Virus record (IMG/VR): IMGVR_UViG_3300049472_000073
Coordinates: 24,155 to 88,154 of that record
Source: a virus
Taxonomy: Duplodnaviria > Caudoviricetes
DNA: 64,000 nt
Reading direction: 5' to 3' (one strand)
Shown here: piece after piece, positions 9,850 to 19,915 of the stretch
Layout of the letters: the number at the start of each line of letters is the position of its first letter
Position numbering within the stretch: position 1 is the stretch's first letter
Position numbers and translations under genes: made by a program
The notes under the pieces: generated by a model
What the model was told of the DNA's origin: nothing
What the model saw: only the letters and a program-made list of their open reading frames with translations
Database searches by the model: none

Positions 9850-11250
9850 ATGGCAAAATCCTATGACGAGTTAATGGCAGCCGCTAACGGTGCTAGACCA
9901 CAACCATCTCCATACCCAGATTTATTAGCTATGGCACAACAAGCACAAGCTAGAAAAGCTATGGGAGCATCTGGTAGCTGGGAAGAAACTCCAGCAGTAG
10001 ATCCTCAATTAGCACAAGAAGAAGTAGCTGAGCCTGTAATTACAAAAGCTCCTGCTAAGCCTTCTATGAGTTCTAGCGAGATCTTAAACAGCGTATTATC
10101 TAGAGCAAAAGAAAGACAAGCTGCTCCTGCACCTGCTTCTATTGAAGAAGAAATGGCTGCTCCAGCTCCTAGAGAATCTAATACTGATCAATTTATGCAA
10201 CAACTAATGGCTGCTCAACAAGAGCAACGTAATAAAGAACGCGGTCTTAATATGTTAGAGGCTTCTCAAGGATTTTTGAAATCTGGACTACGTTGGGGTG
10301 GATCTAAGAACGAAGACATCAACCAAGCTATTAATAACGAAGGATTTGAAAATCTTCGTAAACAAGCTGGTGCCCCTGTATCTGATCTACAAGCATTAAG
10401 AACTGCCGAAAAAGGTTCTATTGAAATGGGATCTATGAAGCGTAAAGATCAACAAGAAAGAGATATGGTTGATTCTAATAGCGAGTTATCTAAGCAATAC
10501 AGAGAAATCGCAAAACAATCTGGTATTAATGTACCTGAAAATGCTAATGCTGCTTCTTTAGAAAAGACTCTTCCTTGGTTATTTAAAGCTAAAGAGTCTG
10601 CGATGGACAGACAGCTTAAACAACAAGAAATTGAATTAAGAAAACAAGAAATTCAAGCTAAGATAAAAGAAAATGCTAAGAAGAGTGGTATGACTAAAGG
10701 CCAAGTAGCTTTAGACCAACAAACCGCTAAAGAGTATACAAAGTGGTTAGATGAATCACCAAAAATCGAAGCTAATTTATCTGATTTAGAGTCAGTAAAA
10801 GAAGATCTACGAAAAGCTGGTGCATTAATGAGTGGTCCTATCGTAGGTAAGCTCCCTAAGATTGCTAGAAGTTCTAGCTCTATTGAAACTCAGCAAAAAG
10901 TAGATAAAATTACTACTGAAACTCTTCGTCAGATTCTTGGTGCTCAGTTCACTGAAAAAGAAGGTGAAACAATTAGAGCACTGTCCTATGATCCTGAATT
11001 AGAGCCAGAAGCAAACATTAAGAAGATCAATGATGGTATTAATCGCTTAAAAGCATTAGCCAAAGAAAAACAAGACCGAATGGGCTACTTTGAGAACAAT
11101 GAAATGTCCATGAGTGGATATAAAGGAGTGTCAAAAGCTCCCCAATCTGATAAAGTAGTAGTTCAGGATAAAGATGGGAAGAGATTTAAACTTCCTAAGT
11201 CACAGTTAGAAGCTGCGGCCAAACAAGGATATACAGAAGTAAAGGAATAA
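9850..11250 (+). CDS. probable ejection protein
   Basis: Helical composition; C-terminal region GALMSGPIVG...LRQILGAQFTEKEG typical of internal virion proteins. Confidence 0.55.
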   Translation: MAKSYDELMAAANGARPQPSPYPDLLAMAQQAQARKAMGASGSWEETPAVDPQLAQEEVAEPVITKAPAKPSMSSSEILNSVLSRAKERQAAPAPASIEEEMAAPAPRESNTDQFMQQLMAAQQEQRNKERGLNMLEASQGFLKSGLRWGGSKNEDINQAINNEGFENLRKQAGAPVSDLQALRTAEKGSIEMGSMKRKDQQERDMVDSNSELSKQYREIAKQSGINVPENANAASLEKTLPWLFKAKESAMDRQLKQQEIELRKQEIQAKIKENAKKSGMTKGQVALDQQTAKEYTKWLDESPKIEANLSDLESVKEDLRKAGALMSGPIVGKLPKIARSSSSIETQQKVDKITTETLRQILGAQFTEKEGETIRALSYDPELEPEANIKKINDGINRLKALAKEKQDRMGYFENNEMSMSGYKGVSKAPQSDKVVVQDKDGKRFKLPKSQLEAAAKQGYTEVKE

Positions 11251-11251
11251 T

Positions 11252-13738
11252 ATGGCTGATAAATTAGACCTAGAGCCTTTAGATTTAGAACCTTTAGAGT
11301 CAAGTAATAAGCTCGATTTGGAGCCTCTTGACCTAGAGCCAGTAGAAGAGGAAAAATCCTTTCTACAATCTGCTAAAGAGACAGGTACTGGTTTATTACG
11401 TGGAGCAGAACAAGGTGCCACATTAGGTTTTGCTGATGAATTAGGTACAATGATCGAGAATTACCGACTCAAGAAAGAACTTGAGAGAATGGGTTTAGAT
11501 CAAGATACCCTTAATACTAAAGCTCAATCTGAACTTGCTAAACAAGAAAAAGCAAACTTAGAAGGTACTAGACAAGAGTATAGAGCTGCTCAAGAAGCTG
11601 CTCCTATAGCATATGGAACAGGACAATTAGGTGGTGCTGTAGCTACTGGTATGGCAACAGCTCCCTTAGCTGGTGCTGGTAGTCTAGCAAGACTATCTGC
11701 ATTAGGGGCTACTGAAGGTGCCGTTACTGGTTATGGAACTAGTGAAGCTGAAACTTTAGAAGGAGCATTACCTGAAATTGCTACTGGTGCTGCATTTGGA
11801 GCCTTAGCTCCTGGTGCTGCTAAAGCATTAGCTCCTGTAGGTAGAATGGCTTTGGCTCCTGTAAAGGCTGTAGGTAGAACTGCTAAAAAAGTATTATCCG
11901 ATTTAGGAGAAGCCGAAGTATTTAAAGACGTAAAAAGAGGTTTTGAATACGGAACTAAAAAAGGACAGACCTTGTTTAGTGAACAACCTGCTAGAGAAGC
12001 TGGAGAACAGCTAGAAAAGACTTTAGGAGACACTTTAGGAGTAGTATCTGGAGCTAAAAAAACCGCACTAGAAACTACTGAAAAAGCCCAACAAGAAATA
12101 CTTGAGCGTACTAAGGCTGCTGAAGCTGAAATGTTAGCCGCATCACAAAAAGCACAAGAAAAAGTGGCTAAAGACTTAGCTGCTGCTGAAGCTGCTGAAC
12201 AAGCAAATAAAAAACTAGTTCAAGAACAAAAAATTGCATTTGAAAAAGGAAAACAATCTACTGTAAGTTCATTAAATAAGAAAGTAGATCAGAGTGCTAG
12301 AACATTAGCAGATAAATATGCTAATTTATATAATAGTCTTGGTACATCTAGAAAAGCCGTAGTAGCTGGACTAGAACAACAAGGTGTCAAAGTTGATACT
12401 CTTCCGTTTGAAGAGCAATTAACTAAAATGTTCGGAAACTTAACTACTGATGAGAGAGGACTAACTACGTTCTCTAATATGCGTAATATCAACGCTATTG
12501 ACACTCAAAAAATAAGTAGTATCCTAGACGATGTTAGAAAATTCCAAGGTGAGATCCCTTATTCTAAAGTAGAAGAGCTTAAAGACCTATTACAAAAGTA
12601 CGCTTATGGTAGAGGTGGTTTAACTGACGAAAGTAAACGCTCTATGAAAGCTTTGTATGATTCTATGAACAAGTCTATAGATGCTAGCCTTAAAGCTCAA
12701 GGACTAGAAGAGTCTGCTAAGCGTTTAAATGAGATTAATAAAGGCTTTAGAACTCTTTATAAAGCTCAAGATATTGGACTAGAGAAACTAGCTCCAGATG
12801 AACTAATCTCTGGCACTGGATATCAAAAACTTGCTCGTCAAGTAGGTTCTGAAGACTATACTCCTCAATTTGGTGAACAAAAAGAGCGTATGCTTGCTAA
12901 TATTGAGGAATTACTTGCTTCGCCTGCTGTTTCAGAGGAACAAAAACAAGCCTTAAGACAAGCATTAGAAGAAGCTAAGTCTACATCTCAGAAATTAGTT
13001 GGGGCAGAAGCAGAAACCTTTACTCCAAATATACCAGAAGTACAAAAACCTGCTCCTTTAGATAAGAATATGTTCAAAGTAGATGAAGAAGCTATCAGAA
13101 AAGAAGTACTAGCTACTCCTGAAGTAGCTGCTGCTGATAAAGCTATGGCCCAAGTAAAAGACGTAGAGCAAGTATTCGGAGACGTACTTACAAGAGGTAC
13201 AAAAGAAGCTAGATTACCTTCTAAAGCCTTAACTACTGCTGAAGTAGCAGGTACAGACCAGTATGCTGCTAAGCTAAAAGAACTTGAGTCACTTAGAAAA
13301 GCTGTAACTGAATTGGACCCTGAAAAAGCTGCTCAAGTATTACCTGAACTCGATAAAGCTATTGAAGAGATAGGCTTCTTGACCAGAACTGGACGATCAG
13401 TACCTATCGGTGACTTAACTACTCAAGCTACTGGTGGTATTAGAGCTTTGGCCGTTAAAGGTGCAAGTGCTTTAGGAGCTACTAAAATGGCTATTAAAGA
13501 AGAAATAAAAAAAGCTACTCCAGATAGCTTAAAAAATGTAGCTAAGTTTATTAGATCAAGTACACAAAAAGCTGGTGAAGCTGGAGCAAAAACAGGACAA
13601 CAAACCAGAGAAGTATTTGCTCAGATGTTGGATAAAGCTGCTGATAACCCCGATAAGATAGCTAGAAGTGCAACCGTATTTATGTTATTACAGGACCCTA
13701 AGTATAGAGAGATAATGGACGAAGAAAATAAGGAATAA
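11252..13738 (+). CDS. large probable ejection protein (828 aa)
   Basis: GAEQGATLGFADEL motif and Gly/Ala-rich hydrophobic segments; N-terminal LDLEP repeats. Confidence 0.6.
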   Translation: MADKLDLEPLDLEPLESSNKLDLEPLDLEPVEEEKSFLQSAKETGTGLLRGAEQGATLGFADELGTMIENYRLKKELERMGLDQDTLNTKAQSELAKQEKANLEGTRQEYRAAQEAAPIAYGTGQLGGAVATGMATAPLAGAGSLARLSALGATEGAVTGYGTSEAETLEGALPEIATGAAFGALAPGAAKALAPVGRMALAPVKAVGRTAKKVLSDLGEAEVFKDVKRGFEYGTKKGQTLFSEQPAREAGEQLEKTLGDTLGVVSGAKKTALETTEKAQQEILERTKAAEAEMLAASQKAQEKVAKDLAAAEAAEQANKKLVQEQKIAFEKGKQSTVSSLNKKVDQSARTLADKYANLYNSLGTSRKAVVAGLEQQGVKVDTLPFEEQLTKMFGNLTTDERGLTTFSNMRNINAIDTQKISSILDDVRKFQGEIPYSKVEELKDLLQKYAYGRGGLTDESKRSMKALYDSMNKSIDASLKAQGLEESAKRLNEINKGFRTLYKAQDIGLEKLAPDELISGTGYQKLARQVGSEDYTPQFGEQKERMLANIEELLASPAVSEEQKQALRQALEEAKSTSQKLVGAEAETFTPNIPEVQKPAPLDKNMFKVDEEAIRKEVLATPEVAAADKAMAQVKDVEQVFGDVLTRGTKEARLPSKALTTAEVAGTDQYAAKLKELESLRKAVTELDPEKAAQVLPELDKAIEEIGFLTRTGRSVPIGDLTTQATGGIRALAVKGASALGATKMAIKEEIKKATPDSLKNVAKFIRSSTQKAGEAGAKTGQQTREVFAQMLDKAADNPDKIARSATVFMLLQDPKYREIMDEENKE

Positions 13739-13740
13739 CT

Positions 13741-14121
13741 ATGTCAACAAGATTAGAAGACAAATTAGACGAAGTACGTGATGATCTACACAACTTAGAT
13801 ACCAAAGTTCAGGTATTAAGTGAGAAGTTCATTATGCACATGGAGCAAGATACACGTAATCTTGAAAATATATCTAATTCACTGGCTTCTATTACTGAGA
13901 GACTGTCTGATTATAATGAAACCCTTGTTGAACACATTCGTCGTTCTGAAGCCCTAGAACAATCTAATGAGCTAATGAAAGCTCAATTAGGCTTATACAA
14001 AAAAGAACAAGATGTTAGACTTGAGAAGCTAGAGGCTCCTCAAAAGTGGATAAAGACTACTTTAGTAGTAATTGCTGCGGTAGTGACTATTCTTACGTTC
14101 TTAGAAAAAATTAAGCTTTAA
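13741..14121 (+). CDS. coiled-coil protein with C-terminal TM helix (holin-like)
   Basis: Heptad-rich body then WIKTTLVVIAAVVTILTFL; last gene of the virion module. Confidence 0.4.
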   Translation: MSTRLEDKLDEVRDDLHNLDTKVQVLSEKFIMHMEQDTRNLENISNSLASITERLSDYNETLVEHIRRSEALEQSNELMKAQLGLYKKEQDVRLEKLEAPQKWIKTTLVVIAAVVTILTFLEKIKL

Positions 14122-14552
14122 TCTTCTGCTACTGGGGTATCAGAAAATAGTAGCTCTATTATAATATCCTCTTGATTATCCCTTAAATTCTGACCATCTA
14201 ATTTATGTTCTAAGTACTCCTTAGTAGGAGCATTATCAAGTAATCCAGTTACCTTAGCCTTACTGTATAGATCCCTATTACGCTGATTATTACGGTCATA
14301 GCTATCTTTTTTAGACTTCTTACTCTTAGATACAGCCTTACCCTTGTGATTAAAATTAGCTATATAATACTCTTCTGTAAAGCGATTTAAGAAGTCCTTA
14401 GCCTTATCATCTAAAGCCCCTACATAGTCATAGTCTACGTATTCTTTTCTATTAGAGACCATTCTCTTGACGTTTAAAGCAGGGTATCTCTCTTTATGTC
14501 TGGGGACTTTCTTATCCTTCTCAGCCATCTTCTTTTTCTTTACAGGAGCCAT
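14118..14552 (-). CDS. basic hypothetical protein
   Basis: ORF track; converges on the + strand module with overlapping stops. Confidence 0.65.
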   Translation of the reverse strand: MAPVKKKKMAEKDKKVPRHKERYPALNVKRMVSNRKEYVDYDYVGALDDKAKDFLNRFTEEYYIANFNHKGKAVSKSKKSKKDSYDRNNQRNRDLYSKAKVTGLLDNAPTKEYLEHKLDGQNLRDNQEDIIIELLFSDTPVAED

Positions 14553-14944
14553 TACTTACTCTCCACTACTACTGGATCTGTCCAGATACTATAGTTATCA
14601 GGTAAGTTAAATGGAGTAGGGTCTAGTTCATAGAACTTTACTGAACCTGTACGTTTAGCTTTAAAGACCTTATTAAACTGTGTAGTAAAGCCCTTTTGTT
14701 TAAATCCCTTTAGAGATGTCCACTTCTTATAATCATCAAATATAAGGTAAATAGGTATCTTTCTAGCACCCTTTACAATACCTTTAGCTCGTATGTATTT
14801 GTATACGTCCTGCTCCATAGGACTTATATTCTCACCAGGGTTTATCGGAGCTAACTCAGGGTTCTGAGCTATTCTAATGAGAGCTAGAGTCTCCTCATCC
14901 ATTACAACATTATAATCCTCAAATGGAGACTTATTGTTTTCCAT
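14552..14944 (-). CDS. hypothetical protein (possible winged-helix DNA-binding)
   Basis: ORF track; IYLIFDDYKKW...FTTQFNKVF resembles primase-associated wHTH domains. Confidence 0.5.
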   Translation of the reverse strand: MENNKSPFEDYNVVMDEETLALIRIAQNPELAPINPGENISPMEQDVYKYIRAKGIVKGARKIPIYLIFDDYKKWTSLKGFKQKGFTTQFNKVFKAKRTGSVKFYELDPTPFNLPDNYSIWTDPVVVESK

Positions 14945-14946
14945 AG

Positions 14947-15321
14947 TTATCGCTGTGCTTGGCTAACTCCATATACGATAGCTGTGGTAAGTGCTGCTCC
15001 TAGAGCAAAAAAGAAAGTATTCTTCCAGAACTGTAGCTCTTGTTTCTCAGAGTTAATCTTAGCTAAGTTGTGTGCCTGGTCTCTCCAAAGAGTAACCTGG
15101 TCTAAATAGATCTTTTCATTAGCTACATATAAAGTATTTTGCTGGGTAATCAAATCTATCTTTTGTTTAGCAAAGTCTAGCTCAATCATTTTCTCTTTTA
15201 GAGCTTGTTCTTCTTCAATAGTGAATAGATAACCTTTGTAGGGAGCTGGCTGGTCCTTATTAATAACGGTAGCAGAAAACGCATTAACAGATATTAAAAA
15301 GGCTAGGAACAGTTTTTGCAT
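14947..15321 (-). CDS. exported/membrane protein, possible spanin-like lysis protein
   Basis: N-terminal signal peptide, coiled coil, C-terminal hydrophobic helix. Confidence 0.45.
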   Translation of the reverse strand: MQKLFLAFLISVNAFSATVINKDQPAPYKGYLFTIEEEQALKEKMIELDFAKQKIDLITQQNTLYVANEKIYLDQVTLWRDQAHNLAKINSEKQELQFWKNTFFFALGAALTTAIVYGVSQAQR

Positions 15322-15361
15322 ACATCCCTAGTATAACCTAAGAATGGCTAACCTGTCAATA

Positions 15362-15757
15362 TTATTTAGAAACTATAAACTTGAGGTAGTTCCAAAGCCT
15401 AGGGAGTAAGGATTTGTACTTGAGCTTAAATACATTATAAGCCAGGGATTTAGATCTCTGTAAAGGTCTGCCACTGTGATCAAGTAGATCATCAGCACGT
15501 TTGTACCCAATGTGTAGCAAAGAGTCACTGAACTCCTTTGGCTCTACTACTAGGCATCTATTAAAGTTTATGTAGCCTACAGAGCCGATTACGTAGATAT
15601 ACGGTACTACGCTGGTCTCGTCATGCTTTATGGCTATCTTCTCAATACGGTCTATTTTAGACAGTAATGGAGTTAGTTTAGAAGTATCTAGGTATACCTT
15701 GCGTAGGTGCTGTTTTACTTGCTTAAAAGGTGACAGATACATGTCTAGCTCATTCAT
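15362..15757 (-). CDS. hypothetical protein
   Basis: ORF track. Confidence 0.6.
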   Translation of the reverse strand: MNELDMYLSPFKQVKQHLRKVYLDTSKLTPLLSKIDRIEKIAIKHDETSVVPYIYVIGSVGYINFNRCLVVEPKEFSDSLLHIGYKRADDLLDHSGRPLQRSKSLAYNVFKLKYKSLLPRLWNYLKFIVSK

Positions 15758-15993
15758 TTAAGTAGCTCCCCTAAGTCATTATCAAAATCTACTAATGCTT
15801 TATATTCAGGACTCAACTCAGCTAAGTGATCTACTTCATCTATAGGGTGTCCCCAACTAATAAAATCTATATCTTCAGCAGTCTTATCCGTTGTTTGTTC
15901 CAGTAAATAGTATGCTCCATCACCAATAGAAGTAACTTCCCATTTAACACCTTCAAATAGAATCACATTGCCTATTTTGAATTTAGGTCGCAT
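15754..15993 (-). CDS. FDxxLEELL-tag family protein
   Basis: MRPKFKIGN...YKALVDFDNDLGELLK*. Confidence 0.8.
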   Translation of the reverse strand: MRPKFKIGNVILFEGVKWEVTSIGDGAYYLLEQTTDKTAEDIDFISWGHPIDEVDHLAELSPEYKALVDFDNDLGELLK

Positions 15994-16307
15994 TACTTAT
16001 CTCCTAAACGGTCTTTCCAAAAGTCTACTCTCTCCTCTTCAGTATCACCTTTAGAAGCGTCTTTAGCTTTCTGTTCGTCTTTATCAAGTTTATCTAATTG
16101 CTTATCTAAACCATCAATCTTTTCTTTATTCTCTTCAGTACGTCTTTGCAAATCACGATCTGTGATATCAGCAGCTATTACGCTATTATTAGCTTCAGCG
16201 TCTAATCTCTTAGATCTTTGAAAGATAGCGTAGAAAATGAGTCCTACTACTCCTACAATAATACCCCAGTATTTACTAAAGAATGCTTTAATCTTTTCCA
16301 TTACCAA
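15993..16307 (-). CDS. TM plus coiled-coil protein (i-spanin-like)
   Basis: YWGIIVGVVGLIFYAIF followed by a charged coiled coil. Confidence 0.45.
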   Translation of the reverse strand: MVMEKIKAFFSKYWGIIVGVVGLIFYAIFQRSKRLDAEANNSVIAADITDRDLQRRTEENKEKIDGLDKQLDKLDKDEQKAKDASKGDTEEERVDFWKDRLGDK

Positions 16308-16968
16308 AAAATCTCCCCTTCATAATATCTTCATCTGACTTGTCTTTTAAACGCATGATTAACTCATTGTCGTTAAAGATCTTGTCACCTTTCAAGAGAT
16401 TATTACAGTTAGATGATTCAGTCAAGGCTAAAACAATAGCCAGTGCATCGTATATATCAGTAGGAGTATCTCGTTCCTTTAAAGTAATGTTTGATAAAGT
16501 CCTTGTAGGAGCGTCTATACGCTTCACTACGCAGTCTTTAGTAGGAGTCTTGTAGTCTCGCTTACCCTTAACCATAACAGGCTTAATCTTGAGTATAGCT
16601 CTCCAGGAAGGAGGTGGGATCTCTTCAAAATGTATGTCCTTACCTACCTCATCTATACACATCTGTAGTATAGCATTGATAGTAGGGATAACGGCTGTAC
16701 CACCTGTTAGCATCTTAGGGTTCATAAAGAACTGTTCTGTATAAATACCGTCAATTTTAAACTCTTTAATCAAGAATAGAAAGCTAGTCTTCATATAATT
16801 TAGACGCTTGCCTAGTGACCACTTATCATGGGTCCACAGCATCCCTGACTTTAAAATAGTCATAGAAGACTGACTAGGGTCTATCTCACAAATGACAAAG
16901 GCTAAGTGGCTAGCCGAAGGATCGACTACCAATAGCCTCTGTTTACTTTCTATTGCTTTAATAGACAT
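16288..16968 (-). CDS. ruvC: RuvC-like Holliday junction resolvase
   Basis: LLVVDPSASHLAF (catalytic D), IYTEQ (E), IPPPSWR, DIYDALAI (D..D). Confidence 0.75.
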   Translation of the reverse strand: MSIKAIESKQRLLVVDPSASHLAFVICEIDPSQSSMTILKSGMLWTHDKWSLGKRLNYMKTSFLFLIKEFKIDGIYTEQFFMNPKMLTGGTAVIPTINAILQMCIDEVGKDIHFEEIPPPSWRAILKIKPVMVKGKRDYKTPTKDCVVKRIDAPTRTLSNITLKERDTPTDIYDALAIVLALTESSNCNNLLKGDKIFNDNELIMRLKDKSDEDIMKGRFFGNGKD

Positions 16969-17762
16969 TACTTCACGTTATGAAGAGTTTCTACCGTTTT
17001 ATACATCTTCTCTTCAGATGGCTCAAGTTTACGCTCTTCTTTTTTATAAGAAAGAGAAACTGCTTTATCAGCAAAACCAGTAGCCAAAGCTTCATCACTC
17101 ATTAACCACATCTCAATAGAGCTACGAGCTTTAAATTCTTCATAGTTCATTTTAGCACGTTTAGCAATTACTACGTTGTGCTTCTCTACATAACGCTGAA
17201 TGATAGTAAGACTACTTACTATCTTATCAAGTTCTCCACCTCCACCACCACCGATACTAGCAGGGTGACTCATAAGAATAGCATGGTCAGTAACCCAACG
17301 CTGTGTACCGTATTGATGAATAATAAATGCCATACTAGCGCAGAGATTTAAACAGATAGTGATTACAGGAGACTTTACAGACTTCATAGCAGTAATGAAC
17401 TCAGTGCCACCCATTACGCTACCACCTGGGCTATCAATAGCAACATAGATAGGAGCATCAGAATCTTCAGCCATAGCTTGTAATTGACTAATCTGAGCAG
17501 ACATATCAGCAATAGGAGTATTAACCAGGATAATTCTATCTGCATCTAAACGCTCATCATGAAGCTTAACTTCTGTGATCTTATAAGCCTTAAATACTTT
17601 TGTTTCTGGTTGAGCTGGTTGTTCTACTGTAGCATGTTTTACAGGATTAGAAACAACTGCCTTAGAGTTAAAAGCTTTAACAGTAATAACAGTTCCACCA
17701 ATAACAGCAGAGGTAATTGTTAGGTATTTAAGTGCGGTAAAGATTGCGAGTTTATTAAGCAT
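16968..17762 (-). CDS. ClpP/crotonase-fold serine protease with N-terminal membrane anchor
   Basis: IDSPGGSV, CASMA (nucleophile Ser), LMSHPA (His), EMWLMSDEALATGFAD. Confidence 0.8.
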   Translation of the reverse strand: MLNKLAIFTALKYLTITSAVIGGTVITVKAFNSKAVVSNPVKHATVEQPAQPETKVFKAYKITEVKLHDERLDADRIILVNTPIADMSAQISQLQAMAEDSDAPIYVAIDSPGGSVMGGTEFITAMKSVKSPVITICLNLCASMAFIIHQYGTQRWVTDHAILMSHPASIGGGGGGELDKIVSSLTIIQRYVEKHNVVIAKRAKMNYEEFKARSSIEMWLMSDEALATGFADKAVSLSYKKEERKLEPSEEKMYKTVETLHNVK

Positions 17763-17800
17763 ATCCTACCATTATAACTATATGGTATGATTATTGCAAG

Positions 17801-18091
17801 CTATTTTATTCGTTTCCTATGGGTATTATCCTTAGAGCAAACCCTTACAGTACCCATTTTACCTAGCTCAATATCAGTAGTATTGGCTCCACACTTGTCA
17901 CATTTTATGACATCTTTTGGTGTCACAGTGGCAATTTCTTCTACTTCGGTAGTAGCCTCTATGTCTTCGTATTTCTTTAGATTTTTCTGTTTTCTAGCAA
18001 CTTGTTTTTTCAATTCCTTAACAAGCTTTTGAAGCTGTCTATTTTCGCCACGTAAGTCTTCTAGGTCTTTCGACCGACGATCTCTTGCCAT
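17801..18091 (-). CDS. coiled-coil plus zinc-ribbon protein
   Basis: Heptads followed by CDKCG...VCSKD. Confidence 0.6.
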   Translation of the reverse strand: MARDRRSKDLEDLRGENRQLQKLVKELKKQVARKQKNLKKYEDIEATTEVEEIATVTPKDVIKCDKCGANTTDIELGKMGTVRVCSKDNTHRKRIK

Positions 18092-18128
18092 TCAACATGA
18101 TCTCCGCTCTACTTATATTTGTTTATTT

Positions 18129-18809
18129 TTAAAGTTTGTTTGGTTGATCTCTAAACTCTTGATATACTTCAGTAATAGAATACCTAACAGCCTCTTTGAA
18201 GAACAATAGATCATCATTACGTATCATGAAATCAGCCTCTATTGAGTCTATAGCGTCCTCAGATGCGTGATTATCCTTTGGTAGGTAAGCTGGCATAGGA
18301 CGAACTAATTTCATCAACAAGCCACCTTTATTACGTATAAAGTCTACTTCTTGTGGAAATCTAGTATCATCAAAGATAAATCTATTATTGTAGTGACGTT
18401 CTACGTCCATAGTCATTTCCATGACATGTATCCAGTAGTCCTGTGAGACACAGTTACGAAATAGATCTGTTCCAACAAATTGCATTAAGGTACGCGGAGT
18501 AACTCTTTGAGGAAAACTCTCAAGTGCTAGGATCATATTAACTTCTAGCTGACTAGATACAGGAATAAGATTATGATATGCATAATCAGTGAGCTTCTTA
18601 ATAAAATCAATACTAGGCTCTACAGGTAAGTCAATAGACTCTTTTAGTACTGGGTCTACAAAATAGTGCATAGGTAATCCAAAGCACTCACTAAGCATTT
18701 CTTTAAGTGGCTTAGCAAAACTTAGGATTTTATATCCAAATTCTTCTTTTGCTATCTTAGCCGCAGTACTCTTACCACTACCCTTTTTACCAATTAATCC
18801 AATAATCAT
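18129..18809 (-). CDS. deoxynucleoside monophosphate kinase
   Basis: IIGLIGKKGSGKSTAA P-loop, SFAKPLKE, PRTLMQFVGTD, DDTRFPQE. Confidence 0.9.
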   Translation of the reverse strand: MIIGLIGKKGSGKSTAAKIAKEEFGYKILSFAKPLKEMLSECFGLPMHYFVDPVLKESIDLPVEPSIDFIKKLTDYAYHNLIPVSSQLEVNMILALESFPQRVTPRTLMQFVGTDLFRNCVSQDYWIHVMEMTMDVERHYNNRFIFDDTRFPQEVDFIRNKGGLLMKLVRPMPAYLPKDNHASEDAIDSIEADFMIRNDDLLFFKEAVRYSITEVYQEFRDQPNKL

Positions 18810-19108
18810 GATAACAACTCCTTTAACTGCTTATCAAACTGTTTAACGGCTATTACAGAAGGATCTATACGAGCCACATATTCTTTATTAACTATAAAGG
18901 TATGTACAGCTACAGCGTATATATCACCATCTGCGTCCACACCTCTAGCTACTACTGTCTTCTTTTCTAAGTCAACATCATTAGGAAACCAATACGTTGT
19001 TAGCATCTTTATATGTAAGTCGTTAGCAGTAACCTTCTCTACTACCCCTGTATACTCTTCATTTACAGTAAACACTAAGTCACCTTTTTTAAACTTAGGC
19101 TTTTTCAT
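18806..19108 (-). CDS. FDxxLEELL-tag family protein
   Basis: MKKPKFKKGDLV...IAVKQFDKQLKELLS*. Confidence 0.8.
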   Translation of the reverse strand: MKKPKFKKGDLVFTVNEEYTGVVEKVTANDLHIKMLTTYWFPNDVDLEKKTVVARGVDADGDIYAVAVHTFIVNKEYVARIDPSVIAVKQFDKQLKELLS

Positions 19109-19356
19109 TTCAGTAGTTCCTCTAGATCCTTGTCAAAATCCTTTACTGCCTGATAACTAGGTACGTAAATATCGTCGAGTATAGTTCTGTCTGTTAGTTC
19201 TAGTTCTTCTGGTAGCTCATAAAATCCTTCTGAATTTAGAACCTCTATAACGTCCACAATCCATACTATATTACCGTAATAATCTTCTCCAGATGTTCGT
19301 AATACATAAACAATGTCCTCGTCTCTGTATACATCTCCAGCTTTAAGTTTTCTCAT
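19105..19356 (-). CDS. FDxxLEELL-tag family protein
   Basis: ...YQAVKDFDKDLEELLK*. Confidence 0.8.
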   Translation of the reverse strand: MRKLKAGDVYRDEDIVYVLRTSGEDYYGNIVWIVDVIEVLNSEGFYELPEELELTDRTILDDIYVPSYQAVKDFDKDLEELLK

Positions 19357-19651
19357 CTAATAGATCCCTTAGTTCTTTATCAAAATTACTGCCAGCCTTT
19401 AGCATAGCCGTAGCTTCTGCTACTATATCCTTGTGCTTCTGTCTAATATAAGCAATGAAGGTATCTCTGCATTGATCACACCACTCTAAGTTAGGGTCCA
19501 TAGTAGAATCACGTAGAATAAACACTGTCATTCTGTCGTGTAATTCGCTAAACTTAGCGTTGCTGGTAGGTAATTGATGTACATCAGGAGACGTAACATT
19601 CACATCTTCTGAGTAACCACAGAAGTCACAAGTACATTTTAATATTCTCAT
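19343..19651 (-). CDS. FDxxLEELL-tag protein with zinc-binding N-domain
   Basis: CDFC...CDQC; ends GSNFDKELRDLLDEKT*. Confidence 0.75.
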   Translation of the reverse strand: MRILKCTCDFCGYSEDVNVTSPDVHQLPTSNAKFSELHDRMTVFILRDSTMDPNLEWCDQCRDTFIAYIRQKHKDIVAEATAMLKAGSNFDKELRDLLDEKT

Positions 19652-19914
19652 TTTTCCCCCAGTAGATCTTCTAGGTCTTCATCAAACTTACGTGCCGCAG
19701 TCTCTGAGTACATAGATACAGTACACTCTTCTATAAAAGTGATAGGCTTAGTAGCCGACATACCATTTTTATTATCGTATGTGTATGAGGCGTTATCTCC
19801 GTTTATTGCTGTGATATAGAATATTGCGCCAGGTGCTAGAAAGCCCAGCCCCTCAAAACTACCCTTATCACTTCTAGAAGTAACTACTCTTCTAAATTCC
19901 CCAACTTTAAGCAT
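19648..19914 (-). CDS. FDxxLEELL-tag family protein
   Basis: MLKVGE...AARKFDEDLEDLLGEK*. Confidence 0.8.
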   Translation of the reverse strand: MLKVGEFRRVVTSRSDKGSFEGLGFLAPGAIFYITAINGDNASYTYDNKNGMSATKPITFIEECTVSMYSETAARKFDEDLEDLLGEK

Positions 19915-19915
19915 A

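Noticed and set aside
3595-12504. - strand ORFs inside the virion genes (3595, 8284, 11206, 11731, 12289)
   Set aside because: Fully nested antisense, Ser-rich shadow composition, no RBS.
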